A stretch of 64,000 nt of DNA from an uncultured Collinsella sp. (lineage in GTDB: Bacteria > Actinomycetota > Coriobacteriia > Coriobacteriales > Coriobacteriaceae): NCBI GenBank assembly GCA_902494765.1, contig CABUUK010000003.1:1362-65361 (forward strand). Direction: 5' to 3'. The translations under genes and the position numbers were made by a program. Each line of letters begins with the position of its first letter. Position 1 is the stretch's first letter. The notes beneath the pieces were generated by a model. The model ran no database searches and was not told the DNA's origin. It saw nothing but the letters and a program-made list of their open reading frames with translations. Shown in pieces: positions 19,265-28,242 of this stretch.

Positions 19265-19406
19265 GTTTGGCGAGAAGGACTGTCCCAATCTGCCGACACT
19301 TGGGGACACTTGGGGACGTTCCTAAAAGGCCGGCACATAAGGAACGTCCCCAAGTGCCAAGGGTGTCCCGTTTGACTAGTCATTTAAGAACGTCCCCAAT
19401 GACTAG
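19265..19406. repeat. GGGGAC-core REP-like repeat cluster (right of IS)
   Basis: AAGGACTGTCCCAA; CACTTGGGGACGTTCCT...AGGAACGTCCCCAAGTG; 19376-19406 is the exact reverse complement of 17924-17954. Confidence 0.85.
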
Positions 19407-19874
19407 TTGGATGGGGTCGGGATTGGAGCTGGGGAGGTAACGGATTTCTAGCTCTATGCCGAGTTCTTGTAGCTCTTTGAAGGCAGCGATGTCCGTATCG
19501 TCTACGGCGACTGCGGGCGTTATGGGGTGCTTGCCCTCCCCCGCCTGCATATGGCCAATGCTGATCTTGGTGATCGGCACACCACCCTTAACCAGCGCGA
19601 GTGCATCCGTGGGCGACGCCACCATGATGAGAATCCTTTGGCGCGGCGTTGCGGTATGAATGATGTCGACAGTCCTTTGCACCGAGAAGAACCGCGTCCA
19701 GACACCCTCGGGTGTCGCCACCCTCATAGGGGCCCACTTGCGCGAATCAGCCGCAATCTCATCGTTGACGATTAAAACAAGGTTGGAACCCACGACTTCG
19801 TTCCACAGCTCAACGTCTTGCCCGTAAATAAACCGGTCATCGATGCGTGTGAGAAGAATCTTGGGTTGAGCCAT
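19380..19874 (-). CDS. Mannose/sorbose-family PTS IIB paralog lacking the phospho-His (possibly inactive)
   Basis: Colinear with 29123-29605 but reads RIDDRFIYGQ instead of RIDNRLVHGQ; the stop codon lies within a REP-like repeat. Confidence 0.8.
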   Translation of the reverse strand: MAQPKILLTRIDDRFIYGQDVELWNEVVGSNLVLIVNDEIAADSRKWAPMRVATPEGVWTRFFSVQRTVDIIHTATPRQRILIMVASPTDALALVKGGVPITKISIGHMQAGEGKHPITPAVAVDDTDIAAFKELQELGIELEIRYLPSSNPDPIQLVIGDVLK

Positions 19875-19963
19875 CGCCACCCCATTCTGTTTGAGACCCG
19901 TAAGAGCAAGACATCACGTCTCCAATATTAGTGCATTTAAAGTGAGAAAAGCCGTCAGAACAC

Positions 19964-19992
19964 TTGCGCGGATTTGCGATGTCCCGTATCAT
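19964..19992 (+). promoter_or_regulatory. Sigma70-type promoter of tRNA-Thr
   Basis: TTGCGC-N17-TATCAT about 40 bp upstream of the tRNA. Confidence 0.6.
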
Positions 19993-20031
19993 AGACAGCC
20001 GTTGACGCCTCAGTTGCGTCATCACATGGCC

Positions 20032-20107
20032 GCCAGCGTAGCTCAGTTGGTAGAGCACCGCTCTCGTAAAGCGGGGGTCACCGGTTCGAGCCCGGTCGCT
20101 GGCTCCA
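20032..20107 (+). tRNA. tRNA-Thr(CGT)
   Basis: GCCAGCG/CGCTGGC acceptor stem, D-arm AGCTCAGTTGGTAGAGC, anticodon loop CTCGTAA, T-loop GGTTCGAGCCC, encoded CCA; 76 nt. Confidence 0.96.
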
Positions 20108-20118
20108 TTGCACAAGAT

Positions 20119-20141
20119 AGCCGCCTTCGGGCGGCTTTTTT
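20119..20141 (+). terminator. Terminator after tRNA
   Basis: AGCCGCC-TTCG-GGCGGCT followed by a T-run. Confidence 0.85.
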
Positions 20142-20303
20142 GTTGCCGATTTCGAGCGCGCATCCGCCAATCCAAGCACAACGCCGTCGGCAACTCCCCT
20201 ACTCAACAACAAGCCCCGCCAACCGCAATCCCCAAGGGGACCGCGATCAGCGGGGCTCAAACGCGTTCCCCAAGGGAAATCACGCTAGCTCACGAGCAGT
20301 TCG

Positions 20304-20777
20304 TTACTCTTCCCAGTAAGCATCTGCAAGCAGCTTAAAGCAGATCTTCTTGACCGGCTGCGCGCCATCGCCCGGGAACTCGAGCGTGGGCATGTGAGGC
20401 TCGCCGGCAACGAACAGCGCAAACTTGTCGTCAGCAAGATCGCCGGCGATCGAGGCGTCGGAATCGACCAGATCGTAGTCGTCCTTCTCGTCAAACTCCT
20501 GAACCAGCGTCAGGCTGCCCGTGGCGACCTTAAAGGCCTCGCGACCCTCGACGTCGATCTGCAGGTCGTGATAGCGCTGATGCGTCTCATAGTGGGCCTC
20601 GGCCTCCGGACGCGTCGTGGGAGCCATGACGTTCGCAAAGACCTTGTCGCCCAGAATCGGATGGCTGCCGACCTCGAGCTCCGCCGGGTCGTTCTCCTCG
20701 AGCCAATCGATCAGCACGTCGAGGCCCTTGAGCATTCCGCGGTATTCCTCGATATCGCCCAATGCACCGTAAATCAT
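20304..20777 (-). CDS. YhcH/YjgK/YiaL (NanQ-like) family protein
   Basis: YETHQRYHDLQI, FVAGEPHMP, VKKICFK. Confidence 0.85.
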   Translation of the reverse strand: MIYGALGDIEEYRGMLKGLDVLIDWLEENDPAELEVGSHPILGDKVFANVMAPTTRPEAEAHYETHQRYHDLQIDVEGREAFKVATGSLTLVQEFDEKDDYDLVDSDASIAGDLADDKFALFVAGEPHMPTLEFPGDGAQPVKKICFKLLADAYWEE

Positions 20778-20809
20778 CTAAATCCCCTTTCGGATCGTTT
20801 CTTTGGCGG

Positions 20810-20935
20810 CTACTCGGTAAACGCGTTACCGACGCTGTTGCCACCCACATACGTCTCGACCAGGGTAAGGTCGGGATTGAACACGACATACCCGGCGTCG
20901 CGCCCCGTCATAATGCTACCGCACTTGTCGTCGGC
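20810..20935 (-). pseudogene. 3' remnant of a second nagA copy
   Basis: Translates to ADDKCGSIMTGRDAGYVVFNPDLTLVETYVGGNSVGNAFTE*, matching the C-terminus of 23675-24844; no upstream body. Confidence 0.85.
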
Positions 20936-20981
20936 TCTAGCCACAAGCAAACAACCGATGCCGGGGCCGCAGCACAAGCTC

Positions 20982-21917
20982 CTACAGCTCGGTCACGACA
21001 ACGCCGTTGTAAACCTCGTCCCAACGATCCATAACCAAGTGGCCAGTCATGGGATCCATGGCATTGAGCTTGCCGCAGGTGTTGGCGGTACGCAGCACCG
21101 TCTCGTCGTCGGCGCCGGCAGCAATCGCATGTGCGAAGCCGGCAATGGTCGAATCGCCAGAGCCCGTAGCGTTAACGGCGGGGATATCGGGGGTTTTGGC
21201 GCGGAACGCACGGCCGTTATGGAAACCAACGGAGCCGGCAGCGCCCATAGATACGACGACCCAGGGGATATCGGAGAAGCGGGCGTCAGAGGCGAGCGCG
21301 GAACGGAGCTCGTCCACATCGTCGGTGGTAAAGCTCGTGCCCAGAAGACCGTTGATCTCGGTCAGGTTAGGCTTAACCAGCTCAGGCTTGACCTTGGACT
21401 TGAGCGCAGCCTCGAGCGAGGCGCCCGAGGTATCGAGCAGCACCTTGGCGCCGGCGTTCTCTGCAATGCCCGTGATCTTGGCGTAGTAGTCTGCCTCGAC
21501 ACCGCGGGGCAGAGAACCCGAAATGGTGACGACGTCGGCCTTGCTCGCAAGCTCGGTAAACTTGGCGGTAAAGGCATCGAGCTCCTCGGGGGCAATCGTC
21601 GGGCCGCTCTCGAGCAGCTCGGTCTGGTTGCCGGCGTGGAGGATGTTGAGGCAAATACGAGTCTCGCCCTTGATGGGTACAAAATCATTCTTAATGCCGT
21701 TGGCATCCATGAGCTCAGCCATGTAGGCGCCCATGTGGCCGCCGAGCAGACCGGTCGCCACAACGTCGTCGCCCAGCTGACCCAGCACACGGGCCACGTT
21801 GAGGCCCTTGCCGCCAGCGGTCTTTTCGGGCGTCACACGGTTGACGTCGTCGATAACGAGCTCATCGAGCTGATAGCGCGTATCGACAGACGGGTTCATC
21901 GTAACGGTGAGGATCAT
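20982..21917 (-). CDS. lacC: Tagatose-6-phosphate kinase / 1-phosphofructokinase family
   Basis: MILTVTMNPSVD, AGGKGLNVA, KPNLTE, NATGSGDS. Confidence 0.85.
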   Translation of the reverse strand: MILTVTMNPSVDTRYQLDELVIDDVNRVTPEKTAGGKGLNVARVLGQLGDDVVATGLLGGHMGAYMAELMDANGIKNDFVPIKGETRICLNILHAGNQTELLESGPTIAPEELDAFTAKFTELASKADVVTISGSLPRGVEADYYAKITGIAENAGAKVLLDTSGASLEAALKSKVKPELVKPNLTEINGLLGTSFTTDDVDELRSALASDARFSDIPWVVVSMGAAGSVGFHNGRAFRAKTPDIPAVNATGSGDSTIAGFAHAIAAGADDETVLRTANTCGKLNAMDPMTGHLVMDRWDEVYNGVVVTEL

Positions 21918-21976
21918 TTTTAGCTCCTTATCTCGCAGGCTCCTTGTGCCTCGCGATACGAGTCGACAAAACGGAA

Positions 21977-22858
21977 TTACAGAATCTCAATCGTGAACGA
22001 GCGAACGACGGTCTCCTTGGGCTTGGCGACAAGGCAGCCGCGCTTATGCTCAAGCACGTCGTCCTCATCGGAGCAGGTCGAAAGGCCGCCCCAGGGCTCA
22101 ACCGCCACAAAATCGCCCTCGGGCTTGCTCCACACAATGAGATATGGGAAGCCCTCAAAGCTCAGGCGGACGCCCTTGTCCTCGCCCTTTTTGGAAAGCG
22201 TGACCTGACGGCTCTCGAGCACATCAAAGATGGTCTCCGCAAAATCGAAGAGCTCATGCGACAGAGGCAGTGTCTTTCCCACCATGGGGTTCTTGGAGCG
22301 GTTGGTAACGTCAATCAAGCCAGTCGAAGGGACAGCGGTGCAGAGCTCCGCAGCCTCGTCCTTCTCAAAGCGCAACTCGTAGTCCGTATAGGCCTCGCCC
22401 TCATCGAGCGGACACCTAAAGCCGGGATGACCGCCGATAAAGAACGGCATGTCCTCGGTTCCCTCGTTGGTCGCCTCATAGGAGACGCGCACGGCAGCGT
22501 CCTCGAGCGTATAGCGGGCGACAAGCTTAAACGGGTACGGATAATCGCTCAGCAGCGCGGCGTTATCCTCCGAAGCCAGGCACATCGCCAGCTCGTTCTC
22601 GCTCTGGCTCAGCAGCTTCCACTCCTGTTTGCGCGCAAACCCATGGCGAGCGAGCTTTACATGATGCCCGGCAAACGTCATGGCGTTGTTATCGCGCAAG
22701 CCTCCGCAAATCGGGAAGCAAATCGGTGCCTGGCCGGACCACACGGCGGGATCGCCCTGCCACAGATACTCGCGACCTCCGGCCTCGATCGAGGTAAACG
22801 AACCACCAGCCGTGGACACCTTAATAGAAATCGAATCGTTGGAGAGAGCGTATTCCAT
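21977..22858 (-). CDS. lacX: LacX-like aldose 1-epimerase family protein
   Basis: EYLWQGDPAVWSGQAP, HGFAR, GGHPGF, FVAVEPW; start at MEYALS. Confidence 0.82.
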   Translation of the reverse strand: MEYALSNDSISIKVSTAGGSFTSIEAGGREYLWQGDPAVWSGQAPICFPICGGLRDNNAMTFAGHHVKLARHGFARKQEWKLLSQSENELAMCLASEDNAALLSDYPYPFKLVARYTLEDAAVRVSYEATNEGTEDMPFFIGGHPGFRCPLDEGEAYTDYELRFEKDEAAELCTAVPSTGLIDVTNRSKNPMVGKTLPLSHELFDFAETIFDVLESRQVTLSKKGEDKGVRLSFEGFPYLIVWSKPEGDFVAVEPWGGLSTCSDEDDVLEHKRGCLVAKPKETVVRSFTIEIL

Positions 22859-23014
22859 TGCCCATCCTTTCGAACAACTGCTTTTTGCTCGCAAGTACCT
22901 GTCTCGGCCCTGACCAAAGGACAAACCCGCGCGTTCATCGATGCGTCCGGTATCCCAGCCATGTAACGGGGTACCATACAGACATTGATGCAATTACAGC
23001 TGAAAGGCCTTCTT

Positions 23015-23599
23015 ATGCGAACCATCATCCTCTACGCCTCACGCCATCACGGCAATACGAAAAAGCTCGTGGACGCCATCGTCGAGGCACACCCCGAGAT
23101 CGATACCCTCGACGTCAAGACGCTCGGTAAAAACGAGTACCCCGACCTGCACGAATATCATCTGATCGGTGTCGCCACGGGCATCTATTACTCCGAGATC
23201 GACAAGGACATGGCACGCGTGCTCACGAACGTGCTGCAGCCGCAGGACAAGGTGTTTGGCCTTATGACCTACGGTGGCAAAAACAAGTGGTACGGCAAGG
23301 ATATCGATGGCATCTGCCGCATGAGGCAGGCCATCTTTATGGGTGTCTACGGCTGCCCCGGCTTTGATACGTGGGGGCCGTTCAAACTCGCCGGCGGTGT
23401 CCAAAAGGGACACCCAACCGCTGAGGAAATTAAGGGCGCCGTCGACTTCTTCGACAAGATCGAAGACGAGTATGGCGACATCATCGTCGAAGAGTACGCC
23501 AAGCGCGAGAAGCGCCTAGCATACGAGAAGGAGCATCCTGCAGGAGGCCTGGTGGCCGGCGTCAAGCGCACGGCAAAGAAGATCGCTAACAAGCTGTAA
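23015..23599 (+). CDS. Flavodoxin-family protein
   Basis: ILYASRHHGNTKK, ATGIY, CPGFDTWGPFKL.GG..KGHP. Confidence 0.8.
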   Translation: MRTIILYASRHHGNTKKLVDAIVEAHPEIDTLDVKTLGKNEYPDLHEYHLIGVATGIYYSEIDKDMARVLTNVLQPQDKVFGLMTYGGKNKWYGKDIDGICRMRQAIFMGVYGCPGFDTWGPFKLAGGVQKGHPTAEEIKGAVDFFDKIEDEYGDIIVEEYAKREKRLAYEKEHPAGGLVAGVKRTAKKIANKL

Positions 23600-23674
23600 C
23601 TGTGAAGGTGCTTTTGAGCGTTTAACCCATACGGCGGGTCCGAGCAGATTCGGGCCCGCCGTCTTTTTCTATCG

Positions 23675-24844
23675 TTACTCGGTAAAGGCGTTGCCGACGC
23701 TCTGGCCGCCAACATACGTCTCGACGAGGGTAAGCTCATGGTCGAACACGACAAAGTCGGCGTCGCGACCCGGCATGATGCTGCCGCACTTATCCTCGAT
23801 GTGCGCGGAGCGTGCCGGCACCTCGGTTGCCATGCGAATGGCGATATCGGCGCTGGCGATGCCCCAGTCAACGATGTTCTTGACGCCCTGGGCAAGCGTG
23901 AGCACCGAGCCGGCAATGCTCTTGCCGTCGGCGAGCCAGCACAGGTTGTCCTTCATGATGACGTCCATGCCACCACTGGTGTAGCTGCCCTCGGGCATGC
24001 CGCCGCAGCCCAGGCAGTCAGTGATGAGCACCGTGTGTTGCCAGCCCTTTGCCTGCAGCAGCGCCTTGATGGCGGCAGGGTTAACGTGCTTGCCGTCACA
24101 GATGATCTCGGCGTAGGTCTCGGGCGTGGACATGGCAGCGCCCACGACACCGGGCTCACGGTGATGCAGCCCGCGCTGGCCGTTATAGGTATGCGTAAAG
24201 CAGCTGGCACCGGCGTTGATGGCGGCGATGCACTCATCGTAGGTGGCGTCGGAGTGACCGATGCTGGTCACCACGCCCTTGGCGTTCAAAGCAGCCGCAT
24301 AAGCAGCGGCACCGTCGCGCTCGGCTGCCATGGCGCTCTTGACGATGCGACCACCCGCAGCCTCCTGCCACTGATCGAAGACCTCCTCGGAGGGATCGAT
24401 CAGGTAAGCGGGGTTCTGCGCGCCCACGTGCTTCATGGTAAAGAAGGGGCCCTCCAGGTAGATGCCCTGAATGCGAGCACCGCAGAAGTCGGGGCCGCGA
24501 CCCTCGTCCGCCTGAGCGATGGCGGCGCAGGCGTCCTTGATCTGCTCGACGCCATCGGTGAACGTCGTGGGCAGCCAGCTGGTGGTACCGCGACGGGCGA
24601 GCTCGGTCGAGCTGATATCGATGCCCTCGGGATCGTTATCGGTAGTTGAGTGGTTGTAGAAGCCATGGATGTGAGTATCGACCATACCCGGTGCGATCCA
24701 CGATCCCGTGTAGTCCTTAATCTCGCAAGAGGGCTCGTCGGCCTGCCAGGCGCCAAAGACGCCATCCTCGACCATAAGATAGCCGCCCAGTTGCGGGCCT
24801 GCCGGCAAGAAGAACTTGTCAGCCTTAATTGCGTACGTGCTCAT
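23675..24844 (-). CDS. nagA: N-acetylhexosamine-6-phosphate deacetylase
   Basis: PGMVDTHIHG, LEGPF, GHSDAT, THTYN, ICDGKHV, ITD, IAGS. Confidence 0.92.
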   Translation of the reverse strand: MSTYAIKADKFFLPAGPQLGGYLMVEDGVFGAWQADEPSCEIKDYTGSWIAPGMVDTHIHGFYNHSTTDNDPEGIDISSTELARRGTTSWLPTTFTDGVEQIKDACAAIAQADEGRGPDFCGARIQGIYLEGPFFTMKHVGAQNPAYLIDPSEEVFDQWQEAAGGRIVKSAMAAERDGAAAYAAALNAKGVVTSIGHSDATYDECIAAINAGASCFTHTYNGQRGLHHREPGVVGAAMSTPETYAEIICDGKHVNPAAIKALLQAKGWQHTVLITDCLGCGGMPEGSYTSGGMDVIMKDNLCWLADGKSIAGSVLTLAQGVKNIVDWGIASADIAIRMATEVPARSAHIEDKCGSIMPGRDADFVVFDHELTLVETYVGGQSVGNAFTE

Positions 24845-24961
24845 ATGCACTCCTCGCTTCTAAAGCAGTTGACTGTGGTGATGCTTATACCCAGCTCACG
24901 TAAAACAAAAAGCGCCCGCCCGCCGTTATGAGCGGACGGGCGCCCTTACAGGGGGACGCGA

Positions 24962-26128
24962 TTAAGCGATGAAGGGGTGAATCGTCACGCCCTTAACCAC
25001 GCGGTTGACCGTGCCAGTGGGGCTCGGCGTGTCGGGCGTGTTGCCCACGCGCACGGAGTTGAGCAGGCTGATAGCCTGGGCAAACATCACGAACGGCAGA
25101 GCAAGGTAGCCCTCGGGAAGTGCCTCGTAGCCCTTAAAGGTGAAGGACTCGCCCTCGTAGACGGTGGCACCTTCCTGCTGAACGGCGATGGTGTGCTGAG
25201 CGATCTCGTCGCCACCGATCTCGTTGAGGATGTCGATGTCGTACTGACGGGTGTAGGCGTCGTTATTGACGAACACGAAGACGAGCGTCTTATCGTCGAC
25301 GAAGGACTTAGGTCCATGACGATAGCCCATGGAGGTGTCGTAGGAAGTAGCGACCAGACCGTGAGCGAGCTCGAGGATCTTGAGCTGGCTCTCCTGGGCA
25401 AGGCCACCGAAGGAGCCAGAACCCAAGTAGGTCACGCGGTTGAAGTCGCCAGCCAGGTAATCGGCGATCTCGGGCTCACGGGAGATGACCTCCTCGCCCA
25501 TCTTGGCAATCGTCTCGACCCACTCGGCCTTCTGCTCATCAGAGGCAGTGTCGAAAATAAGGGTAGAGAGCAGGGTCATGCAGGAATAAGAACCGGTCAT
25601 GGCGAAGCCCTTGTCGTTGGCGCGCGGAATGAGCAGCGTCAGCGCGTTGGGATCATCGGCAGACTCGACGGCGAGCTTGCCCTCGGGAGCGCAGGTGATG
25701 TTGAGGAACTTGACGTTGTGGACGAGCTCCTTGGCAACGGCAACGGCGGCAAGGCTCTCGGGGCTGTTGCCAGAGCGGGCGAAGGAAACCACGAGCGTGG
25801 GATCCTCGGCGCGCAGGAAGTCGCGCGGGGCGCTCACGATGTCGGTCGTGGCGATGGGCTTAAAGTCGTAGAGATCAGTGTTGCCAGCGTGACGCAGGTA
25901 CGGGGCGCAGGTATCGCCAACGTAGTCGGACGTACCGGCACCGGTGAAGACAACGGACAGACGACCCTCGCCCATAGCGCGAGCCTCGGCCAGGAAGGCC
26001 TCGATGGCCTCCTTGTTCTCGCGATAGATGTTGAGCGTATCACGCCAAAGCTCGGGCTGCTGAGCAATCTCGGCCGTGGTGATCTGGGCGCCGAGCTCGG
26101 TGAGCTCCTCGACACTCTTCTCGAACAT
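24962..26128 (-). CDS. agaS: Galactosamine-6-phosphate isomerase (SIS domains)
   Basis: EIAQQP, GAGTS, SFARSGNSPES, FAMTGS, RHGPKS, PDTPSPTGTVNRVVKGVTIH. Confidence 0.9.
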   Translation of the reverse strand: MFEKSVEELTELGAQITTAEIAQQPELWRDTLNIYRENKEAIEAFLAEARAMGEGRLSVVFTGAGTSDYVGDTCAPYLRHAGNTDLYDFKPIATTDIVSAPRDFLRAEDPTLVVSFARSGNSPESLAAVAVAKELVHNVKFLNITCAPEGKLAVESADDPNALTLLIPRANDKGFAMTGSYSCMTLLSTLIFDTASDEQKAEWVETIAKMGEEVISREPEIADYLAGDFNRVTYLGSGSFGGLAQESQLKILELAHGLVATSYDTSMGYRHGPKSFVDDKTLVFVFVNNDAYTRQYDIDILNEIGGDEIAQHTIAVQQEGATVYEGESFTFKGYEALPEGYLALPFVMFAQAISLLNSVRVGNTPDTPSPTGTVNRVVKGVTIHPFIA

Positions 26129-26189
26129 TTCTAATACCTCTCTCTAGAAGTAATCCTCTGACGTGCAATTATACACTTCGGTTGGTTAT

Positions 26190-26203
26190 CTGGTAGTAAC
26201 CAG
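26190..26203. promoter_or_regulatory. GntR (HutC/DasR-type) operator over the agaS promoter
   Basis: CTGGTAGTAACCAG palindrome; minus-strand TATAAT at 26168-26173; same motif at 30483. Confidence 0.65.
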
Positions 26204-26242
26204 TTAAATGCAAAGAATCATCATATGGAAACGATGCGAACA

Positions 26243-26974
26243 CTAGTCGCTACGCTGGTGGTAAACCTTGTATTTAAACTGATCGGCACGAGCAACCGAG
26301 AGTGTGTACTCCACAACCTCGTTTGACTCGTTATACGTAGTCCTGACCAAATCGAGCACAGGCGAGCCCTCGACAATTCCCAAAAGGTGGGCATCGGTGG
26401 GACGGGCTATGCTCGCATAGAACTCCTCTTCGGCCACGCGTATCTTTTGCTGAAAGTCTTGCTCAATCACATCGTAAAGCGGCTTACGCTCCAGCAGCGG
26501 TCGCTTTAGGGACAGAAATTGACGAACTGGTAGATAGCTGCGTTCGACCATCATGGGCATGTTGTCGGCAGAACGAAGGCGCTTAAGCTTAAAAATGCGA
26601 TCACCGATACGCAATCCCATATGCTCGGCCAGATTTTTATCGGCCTCCATCTCGCAAAATTCGAGAATCGTGGTCTCGGGGTCGCGACCCATCGCGCGCA
26701 TCTGCTCGGTAAAGCTGTAGGACTGCATGAGATTGGTTGCCTTTGCCGAACGGTCGGTCACAAAGGTACCGCGACCGTGCTGCCGAACCACCAGTCCTAA
26801 ACGCTCCAGTTCCTGCAGAGCCAGGCGTACCGTAGTGCGCGAGAGACCATAGCGCTCCGAAAGTTCGCGCTCGGAAGGAATCATGTCACCGGCGCGATAT
26901 TCATGGTCGATCTTTTCGGTCAGAATATCGACCAGCTGATCGTACAGCGGTTGCTTACGCGCTCCGATCGCCAT
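26243..26974 (-). CDS. GntR/HutC-family (UTRA) regulator of the aga cluster
   Basis: IPSERELSERYGLSRTTVR, GRGTFV, C-terminal UTRA domain. Confidence 0.9.
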   Translation of the reverse strand: MAIGARKQPLYDQLVDILTEKIDHEYRAGDMIPSERELSERYGLSRTTVRLALQELERLGLVVRQHGRGTFVTDRSAKATNLMQSYSFTEQMRAMGRDPETTILEFCEMEADKNLAEHMGLRIGDRIFKLKRLRSADNMPMMVERSYLPVRQFLSLKRPLLERKPLYDVIEQDFQQKIRVAEEEFYASIARPTDAHLLGIVEGSPVLDLVRTTYNESNEVVEYTLSVARADQFKYKVYHQRSD

Positions 26975-27159
26975 CCTATCCTCCCTTTTGCTCGAATTCG
27001 GCTAACTACCTAGGGTGTTTAGCATTATCTGTCTGCCACACCCGAATCATCAAGAAAACAAAAGCCGCGCGCTCTTTCGAGCACGCGGCTTTTAACATAC
27101 ACATGGCTTAAGGGGTCGGGGTGTGAGCCGCGTAGGGACACACCCCTCAAGCTAGAGCC

Positions 27160-28242
27160 TTACCAGATGCTCGGCCAGAGACCAAGCGGGCCAGCGCCCA
27201 GGATGCCAAGGACGAAGAGCAGGAGAATGCCCTTGGTCGGGGTCCAGCTGTGCTTAGCGAACATGTAGTAAAGCAGCAGCGTAAGCATAAGCGGGACGAG
27301 CTTCGGGATGATGGTGTTGAGGGTGTCGGCAACAGAGAAGTTGACCGGATCCTCGGTAACGGTGCCGTAGGTCACGGACTCCATGCCGTTACCCAGATCG
27401 GTGACGCCGCACTCGACAGCGTTGCCGTCGGCATCGGAAGCGGTAAGGGCGTTGCCGTCCTTATCGGTCATGGCGATGGTACCGGCCTCAGCGGTCTCGG
27501 TATCGATGCCCTCCATACCGGTGAAATTCTCGGCCTCCTTCTCGGAGACGATCACGGTAGTGGCGGAGAGGCCACGGGTGGTGCCGTTGGGGATCTCGAG
27601 GTTGATCTGGGTGCCACCCATGGTGACGACCAGGCAACCGACGACGAAGACGCCCATGATGGAAGCGGCACGCGTGAAGGCCTGCATGTTGGCGGTCAGA
27701 GCGTCAATAGCGCTGGTGCCAAGCTTGTAGGACCAGTTCATAAGCCAGAAGCGCAGAGCGAACTGGACGGCGTTGAAGATCACCAGGAAGATGATCGGCG
27801 CAGCAGCGTTGCCGTTGATGGCCATGTTGGAGGTGATGCCGGCCGTGATAGGCACGAGCGTCAGCCAGAACAGGGCGTCACCGATACCACCGAGCGGGCC
27901 CATTGCGGCGACGCGGACGGCGCGGATCGTGGGGATGTCAACCTTGTTCTGCTCGAGCGAAAGCACGATGCCCATAACAAAGGTGACGAGGAACGGGTGG
28001 GTGTTGAAGAACTCCAGGTTGTGGCTCATGGAAGCCGCGAGGTCGTTCTTGTTGGTGTGGATCTTCTCCAGACCGGGGATGATGGAGTAAAGCCAGCCAG
28101 CGGCCTGCATGCGCTCGTAGTTGAACGATGCCTGCAGGAAGCAGGAGCGCCAAGCCATCTTGTTGAGGGTCTTCTGGTCGAGCTGCGGAGCAGGAGTGAG
28201 ATCCTCGTAGTGCTCCGGGATCACATACTCATTAGATGCCAT
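27160..28242 (-). CDS. Mannose-family PTS IID (GalNAc-type) with acidic insertion
   Basis: SFNYERMQ, FFNTHP, MGPLGGIGD; start at MASNEY. Confidence 0.9.
   Translation of the reverse strand: MASNEYVIPEHYEDLTPAPQLDQKTLNKMAWRSCFLQASFNYERMQAAGWLYSIIPGLEKIHTNKNDLAASMSHNLEFFNTHPFLVTFVMGIVLSLEQNKVDIPTIRAVRVAAMGPLGGIGDALFWLTLVPITAGITSNMAINGNAAAPIIFLVIFNAVQFALRFWLMNWSYKLGTSAIDALTANMQAFTRAASIMGVFVVGCLVVTMGGTQINLEIPNGTTRGLSATTVIVSEKEAENFTGMEGIDTETAEAGTIAMTDKDGNALTASDADGNAVECGVTDLGNGMESVTYGTVTEDPVNFSVADTLNTIIPKLVPLMLTLLLYYMFAKHSWTPTKGILLLFVLGILGAGPLGLWPSIW

Noticed and set aside
17924..19406. Composite element bounded by the 31-bp inverted CTAG repeats
   Set aside because: The IS has its own IRs and AAC duplication inside, and the same 31-mer occurs at 47171 and 54635 without an IS.
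20032..20107. tRNA-Thr as integration site of an island or prophage
   Set aside because: No integrase and no duplicated tRNA 3' end seen in the window.
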